Source of the DNA: a virus
Lineage: Duplodnaviria; Caudoviricetes
DNA: 58,262 bases
Virus record (IMG/VR): IMGVR_UViG_3300017783_000021
Coordinates: 1 to 58,262 of that record
Strand: one strand, 5' to 3'
The number at the start of each line of letters is the position of its first letter. Position 1 is the first letter of the stretch. The translations under genes and the position numbers were made by a program. Below the pieces are notes generated by a model. That model had not been told where the DNA came from. It was given only the letters and a program-made list of their open reading frames with translations, and ran no database searches. Below are positions 53,340 through 58,262 of the stretch, piece by piece.

Positions 53340-53850
53340 AGTTTTCTTCCCTCTCTTTTAAATATTCTTCGTTGTGTATCCAACGGTAACCAGCATTCTG
53401 CCAGTTATTAGCAGTTGCATGTACAAAACGTACAAAGCCCCATTCTTTCTTTTTACGGCCCATATAAAATAAACTCACACAAGGTATTTCATTACCATCT
53501 TTGTCTTTAGCAAGTTCTAACCAATGTAGGTCTTCTGCTTTTTTAAATCTATAACTGCCTGGACCACGCCATTCTCTAGTAGAACCAACTACTGCACCTT
53601 CTCTTGAAATAAGAGGAATGTGTTCCCAGTATCCACCTTTAATAATATATGCTCCCCAGTTCCATGGATGATCATGTAGTGTAGGTTCATCACTTACAAG
53701 AACTTTATGTAATGTAATATTAAATGGAAACCATGTACGATTCTTTAAAAACACATAGTAACGAATAAGGTATGGAACCTTACCTGTTCTATCTGTAATT
53801 ACTCGACGTCTTCCTAATAGGTCCATCATTTTAGCAAGGAATGTCATCAT
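53326..53850 (-). CDS. Cupin-like hypothetical protein
   Basis: LHDHPW..GGYWE...HWLEL...WGF. Confidence 0.65.
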   Translation of the reverse strand: MMTFLAKMMDLLGRRRVITDRTGKVPYLIRYYVFLKNRTWFPFNITLHKVLVSDEPTLHDHPWNWGAYIIKGGYWEHIPLISREGAVVGSTREWRGPGSYRFKKAEDLHWLELAKDKDGNEIPCVSLFYMGRKKKEWGFVRFVHATANNWQNAGYRWIHNEEYLKEREENYDHS

Positions 53851-54158
53851 TCTAATAAATCCTCATTATCTTTATCTGCTTTAATCATAGTATACACATA
53901 ATTAAATTGATCCCATAGTGCTTTACAAGTAGGGTTACTTTTAATTAACTCTGTATCAATTGATTCAAATCTTCCTGAGTCATAATCGTCAAGACCATCA
54001 TAACTTGAAGTAAACACTGGTGATGTAATGCCACCTACTGTAGCACCTTCAGTATTGTAAGTATATGAACTATCAAATGTAATAGGTGTACTCTCACTGT
54101 CACTACCGATTGTTATAGTATATGAATCGTCTAAGGTATCGGTTAGTTTATTTCCCAC
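53847..54158 (-). CDS. Hypothetical protein
   Basis: Probable GTG start at 54158 with GGAG RBS; the longer call overlaps folE. Confidence 0.5.
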   Translation of the reverse strand: MGNKLTDTLDDSYTITIGSDSESTPITFDSSYTYNTEGATVGGITSPVFTSSYDGLDDYDSGRFESIDTELIKSNPTCKALWDQFNYVYTMIKADKDNEDLLE

Positions 54159-54837
54159 AAGCAAACTCCTGTTGCAATTTAATATTATCCATAAACTCTT
54201 TTTTAGTACCTGGATCTTTACTAAATGCACCATGTAATACTGTAGTCTGTGTTAAACTACTGTTAGCCATAATACCTCTGTTCTCACAACAACCGTGTGT
54301 TGCTTGTACATAGACACCTACGTTTTCGGAACCTGTTGCTTTCATAATCTCACGTGCAATATCATTATTAAGTTCTTCTTGCAGTGTACCACGTCTTGCA
54401 CACCACTGTGCAATTCTTGTATACTTGCTAAGACCAATTAATGTTTCAGCGGCAATAATACCAATGTATGCAACACCTGTTACTGGCTGGTGGTGATGTG
54501 AACAAACACTTTTAAGTTCGCTACGTACAACAAGCATACCTTTATAACCATCTTCTACGTGATTAGGAAATGCAGTTGCATTAGGCATAGGATTATAACG
54601 TCCTTGCATTAATTCATTAAAATACATTTTTGCAAGACGTCTGCCAGTATCCATACTGTTAGGATCTGTACTTCTATCAATTATGAGTCTGTCAAGTACA
54701 CTTTCAAATGCCTCTGTTGCTTCATCAATTAGTATTTGTTTTTCGCCGTCTTTAATATAGTCTGAAATGTTGTCGCCTGCCCAATAACGAGCGTTTGCTT
54801 CTTTAAGACGTTTTGTTACTTCTTCGTATTTCTTCAT
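54148..54837 (-). CDS. folE: GTP cyclohydrolase I
   Basis: SVCSHH, IGLSKYTR, LQEE, HGCCENRG; start MKKYEE after a GGAG RBS. Confidence 0.93.
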   Translation of the reverse strand: MKKYEEVTKRLKEANARYWAGDNISDYIKDGEKQILIDEATEAFESVLDRLIIDRSTDPNSMDTGRRLAKMYFNELMQGRYNPMPNATAFPNHVEDGYKGMLVVRSELKSVCSHHHQPVTGVAYIGIIAAETLIGLSKYTRIAQWCARRGTLQEELNNDIAREIMKATGSENVGVYVQATHGCCENRGIMANSSLTQTTVLHGAFSKDPGTKKEFMDNIKLQQEFACGK

Positions 54838-54853
54838 TTTTTCTTCTCCGAGT

Positions 54854-55969
54854 TTAAGACGTGGATGTCTCATTATTATATGATTGTAACACCTTTTTCA
54901 AATTATTACAACTAAAATATTGATCACTTAAAAAACGCACCAATTTGGATATGTTTACATAATGTTTTTTGTGATCTTGCATTACCCAATGTATTTTTTC
55001 AATTAGTTTATCTCTATTTGCAATATAACTATCCCAATCTTGTGTCCATTCTGCTGGATACTTGAAATAATCATCATACATTTCTGAATAACTTAATCTA
55101 TCAGGCATTAACGGAAATGAATTTACAATAGCACCTTCATACGCACTAATACCTAATGTTTCTTGTAAGTTAGCACTAAAGATCATCTTGCTTTCGCCTA
55201 ATAGATTGTGATATTCTACTTTGCTTAATCTTTGATCCTGGCAAACGACAAATTCATAATCACTTAATAATGCTTCTTTTAAATCTTTGAATATCTCAGG
55301 TTGTTTTTCAGGAGCAACTCTATGCGGAAACAAAATTAAGTTTCTTTTTTGCATACCCTGAAATGGAACAAGTGCATCAGCAGTGTATTCCATAGGCCAA
55401 CCTGTACGTACAATTTTTTTGTTTTCAATTAAACTATCTAGATCCTGTTTACTAATCTCAAGTAATTCTTCAGCAAACATATCAATATGAAAGTTACTAG
55501 CAAAATAATTATGATCAAAACATTCAAAGAAACTTTTTTCTGCATGTCTTACCCAAGGTTTATTACCTACTAGTCTACCTAAGAAATCTGCAGGATCATA
55601 ACTACCCGCATGCCATAATCCGTGTATTACTACGTTAATACCTAACAACTCTGCCATGTATTTGATATTAATAATACCTGGATGCCAAGCATCTGTGAAT
55701 AGTATATGATCCCCAGACTTAACTTTACCATTTGTAAAGGCTCTTGAAATTTTTTCGATCTGTGTAGATTTGTAAATGTTAGTTCCGCCAAAGTTTAGGA
55801 ACGCACCTGGTGTAGTTGCATCAGGAATATCATCTGCTCCGTCAATAACTTCAACAGTAATGTCATTACTAAACAAACTTGACTTAGAAATTATACGAGG
55901 TACATGTACTTTCCATTCACTAGTATAACGTGTTTCGACACTTTCTAAATCAACTAACCAAATCTTCAT
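54854..55969 (-). CDS. GT-B fold glycosyltransferase (GT4-like)
   Basis: FPHRVAPEKQP; ETLGISAYEG (E-x7-E); SYSEM. Confidence 0.8.
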   Translation of the reverse strand: MKIWLVDLESVETRYTSEWKVHVPRIISKSSLFSNDITVEVIDGADDIPDATTPGAFLNFGGTNIYKSTQIEKISRAFTNGKVKSGDHILFTDAWHPGIINIKYMAELLGINVVIHGLWHAGSYDPADFLGRLVGNKPWVRHAEKSFFECFDHNYFASNFHIDMFAEELLEISKQDLDSLIENKKIVRTGWPMEYTADALVPFQGMQKRNLILFPHRVAPEKQPEIFKDLKEALLSDYEFVVCQDQRLSKVEYHNLLGESKMIFSANLQETLGISAYEGAIVNSFPLMPDRLSYSEMYDDYFKYPAEWTQDWDSYIANRDKLIEKIHWVMQDHKKHYVNISKLVRFLSDQYFSCNNLKKVLQSYNNETSTS

Positions 55970-55971
55970 AT

Positions 55972-56196
55972 CTAATTCCTTTGTCTATTCTTTTTCCAAG
56001 CCAACTTTTTTTTGGCTTTGTTTTTAGTTCTATTATACATTTGCCAAGGATATGATTGATTATTATACAAATCCTTTTCATCATACATAAAACTTTTACC
56101 GTTTCCGTTAACCCAATTGTTAACGCACCAATCCTTGTACTTCTCAAGGTCATTAAAGATTTTTACAATCTCTGGATGATCCGCAAAATATGACAC
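55972..56196 (-). CDS. Hypothetical protein
   Basis: 74-aa ORF, GAGGAG upstream. Confidence 0.55.
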   Translation of the reverse strand: MSYFADHPEIVKIFNDLEKYKDWCVNNWVNGNGKSFMYDEKDLYNNQSYPWQMYNRTKNKAKKKLAWKKNRQRN

Positions 56197-56209
56197 TTGT
56201 CATTCTCCT

Positions 56210-56653
56210 CTAATACTTTGCATACTCGATATGGGCACCGTTTTCACCATCTTCACTTACGTCGATGTGTACTTCTCTGCCCGGGTGTTTTGCAATGATT
56301 TGTTCATATAAATCATCACTCATCATTTCACAACTCTTATAGTCTAGTTCTAAAGTTTTTTCTGCATATAGTTTCTCCAGCCATCGTTTGAATTGAATAA
56401 ATTCGATATCTCTATCGTTGTGTGTAACAGTGATACCTACTTTGAAATGGAATATGTGTCTGTGGGGATATCCCAAAAATGATACATCATATTCGTCACC
56501 TGTTGCAAGACTAGGATCATCTAGTGCCGCAGGATACTTGTGGATACCTTCTTTAGTAAAGGTTACCCAAATCATACGCTTTGCAGTTCGCATAATTTTT
56601 TCATGTGTTTCTTGAGTCATTGCTTCCTTCATTAGTTTGTCAGTTATACTCAT
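56210..56653 (-). CDS. QueD-like T-fold protein (LxxxHRHxF type)
   Basis: EGIH...FLGYPHRHIF...RDIEF...SCEM...VSEDGENGA; true start is probably the Met at 56632 or 56620. Confidence 0.75.
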   Translation of the reverse strand: MSITDKLMKEAMTQETHEKIMRTAKRMIWVTFTKEGIHKYPAALDDPSLATGDEYDVSFLGYPHRHIFHFKVGITVTHNDRDIEFIQFKRWLEKLYAEKTLELDYKSCEMMSDDLYEQIIAKHPGREVHIDVSEDGENGAHIEYAKY

Positions 56654-56682
56654 AGTATACTACCTTTCATCTTCATTGTCAA
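56654..56682 (-). promoter_or_regulatory. Sigma70-type promoter for the QueD-like/glycosyltransferase/folE genes
   Basis: TTGACA-N17-TATACT; the -10 box abuts the ORF-track ATG. Confidence 0.65.
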
Positions 56683-57205
56683 CCGGATTATCGTTTCCAT
56701 ATTTTGTCCAATCTGTGTAAGTTGAACGTTTCTTTAAGTCATGAACTTGATGAATCCAAACTCCGGAATTGGTTGCTTTAAAATCTTTGTCATCAATCTT
56801 AATACAAGCATTGTAGTTAAGTTGGTCAATGTAAGGAAGTTTTACACTAATTTGACTAATAAATTTATTATTTTCGTTATAGCCTGATTCGATTATATAT
56901 TCGTGATACTTAATGTCATAATCTAATGTTACAGTATAACCTTCTTTAAGTAATCCGTATACAAGTGTATCCCATGCTTTATTTGTTGCGTCATCACCGT
57001 GTGGTAGTTTTACTTGAAAACTTTGATTAGCACCAAGATAGATGTGATCAACATGATGCTTATTTGCATGTTCAATAACTTCTTTTAAAGGACGGCATCC
57101 TACAACAAACAATGTGTCCATATCAAATGCAGGAGTATGCTCTACTTCATATCCTGTAAAGTATACAACATCATCTTTTACACCATCACTATAATCACGT
57201 TTCAT
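56660..57205 (-). CDS. Hypothetical protein in deazaguanine cluster
   Basis: 181 aa; TLFVVG, HIYLGANQSF, IKIDD.DF..TN.GVW. Confidence 0.7.
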   Translation of the reverse strand: MKRDYSDGVKDDVVYFTGYEVEHTPAFDMDTLFVVGCRPLKEVIEHANKHHVDHIYLGANQSFQVKLPHGDDATNKAWDTLVYGLLKEGYTVTLDYDIKYHEYIIESGYNENNKFISQISVKLPYIDQLNYNACIKIDDKDFKATNSGVWIHQVHDLKKRSTYTDWTKYGNDNPVDNEDER

Positions 57206-57206
57206 T

Positions 57207-57389
57207 TTAACCTGCTAATTTGTTAAGTTGATCTTTGATACTTAATTTAATTTTTTTAAGTTTCGTTAGTAACCCTTTATGACCGAAGTCTCTATACATT
57301 GTACGTTCTTTTTCAAGTTCGTCAACCTTTTTTGCATAGTATTCGTGATCTTGGGTTAATTTTTTTACTTTTTTATTTTTGTTAGCCAT
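57207..57389 (-). CDS. Small basic coiled-coil protein
   Basis: 60 aa, GAGGAGG RBS, LKKIKLSIKDQL. Confidence 0.6.
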   Translation of the reverse strand: MANKNKKVKKLTQDHEYYAKKVDELEKERTMYRDFGHKGLLTKLKKIKLSIKDQLNKLAG

Positions 57390-58261
57390 TATACCTCCTC
57401 AAATAAGTTACTATATTGCGTACTTGCATTTACTGTCTTTTTACCAGTAGCACCTCTAGTGCCAATAATTGACATCCAGAATCTACTAAATTCTTCTATT
57501 ATTGCTTCTGCTTCGTCTCTGTTTGATGTTGCAAATATTGCCTCCACAACATCTCTAAAAAATAACCTGTCAAAGGACTCTTCGACAAGCATGTTCGGAA
57601 TGATTCCATTGTCGTATTGTCTATTGGCTTCTTGTACTGCATTAATGTGACTCCATACATTATGACCCATTTGGATCGCATAAGAAAAACTATCCCACGA
57701 TGTCTTTCCTTCTTTACCTATCTTATTTAGGTCGCCGGGTGCGTATATACAAATATCTTTGGCTTTTAAGTTTTGTGTAATAGGTGAATTTAAAAAACTT
57801 TTATGTTTACCTTCTCTAACAAATGCATCGCCAAACGGTGAAACATCAGTTGCTAGTGCTTTGTCGTCAATGCCAGGTACCATTCTATATACCCATTTAC
57901 TTCTATCACCTGTTTCTAGTTCACAATAAATTTGACCATTTGCTGTTGCCAGGAACGGACTTGCACAGTCAAATGTAATCATAAAGTTTTCATTGTGATA
58001 TTTACGAACTGCTCTTTGAATATCAGTTAGCAACGTTGCCCACTCTAATTTACTAGTACCCAAGAAGTGCATAACATCGTGTTTGCCTTTTTCGAGTAGT
58101 CCGTCAAATCTAAGTGCAACGATTCTTTTCAGCACCAAGTGTACATCACACATATTCTGACCGCCCATACTCCAACCATTAAAATGATCTGTGTATTTCT
58201 TAGGATCACAGTAGTCTTTCATTTGTTGATACCAGTCTTCTGCATCAGCATGATTTTCTCC
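57389..58261 (-). CDS. TGT/DpdA-like transglycosylase (5'-truncated)
   Basis: GWSMGG, MHFLG, TFDCASP are TGT-fold motifs; frame open to the window edge (GENHADAEDWYQQM); context with folE/queE. Confidence 0.72.
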   Translation of the reverse strand, partial: GENHADAEDWYQQMKDYCDPKKYTDHFNGWSMGGQNMCDVHLVLKRIVALRFDGLLEKGKHDVMHFLGTSKLEWATLLTDIQRAVRKYHNENFMITFDCASPFLATANGQIYCELETGDRSKWVYRMVPGIDDKALATDVSPFGDAFVREGKHKSFLNSPITQNLKAKDICIYAPGDLNKIGKEGKTSWDSFSYAIQMGHNVWSHINAVQEANRQYDNGIIPNMLVEESFDRLFFRDVVEAIFATSNRDEAEAIIEEFSRFWMSIIGTRGATGKKTVNASTQYSNLFEEV

Positions 58262-58262
58262 T

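Noticed and set aside
55950-56153. 67-aa ORF overlapping 55972-56196
   Set aside because: Alternate frame; the 74-aa ORF has the RBS and fits the gene spacing

Overview
An AT-rich segment of a large T4-like (myovirus) phage genome, with no host genes, tRNAs or CRISPR seen. Left to right: the end of a baseplate-hub module (gp26-like gene with an apparent -1 frameshift into an unannotated gp51-like ORF); a ~520-nt GC-richer, highly structured non-coding region directly downstream of a GIY-YIG nuclease gene; gp46/gp47 recombination nuclease and gp55-like late sigma factor (minus strand); a ~34-kb plus-strand baseplate and tail-fibre module (gp48/54-, gp53-, hub-, gp5-, gp25-, gp6-like, a 4664-aa wedge protein, four paralogous fibres); then a minus-strand early/middle region. 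That region holds thyX, a MoxR ATPase/VWA-metallopeptidase pair split by two nucleases, RNase H, a 2OG oxygenase, ClpP, an MBD4-like glycosylase and a 7-deazaguanine pathway (queE, folE, QueD-like, DpdA/TGT-like) with an embedded glycosyltransferase. The best candidates for new biology are the GIY-YIG-linked large structured RNA/ssDNA element, the gp26/gp51 frameshift, a palindromic operator at the late-sigma/late-gene switch, and a possibly glycosylated deazaguanine modification. All calls come from motif recognition by eye; no searches were run.
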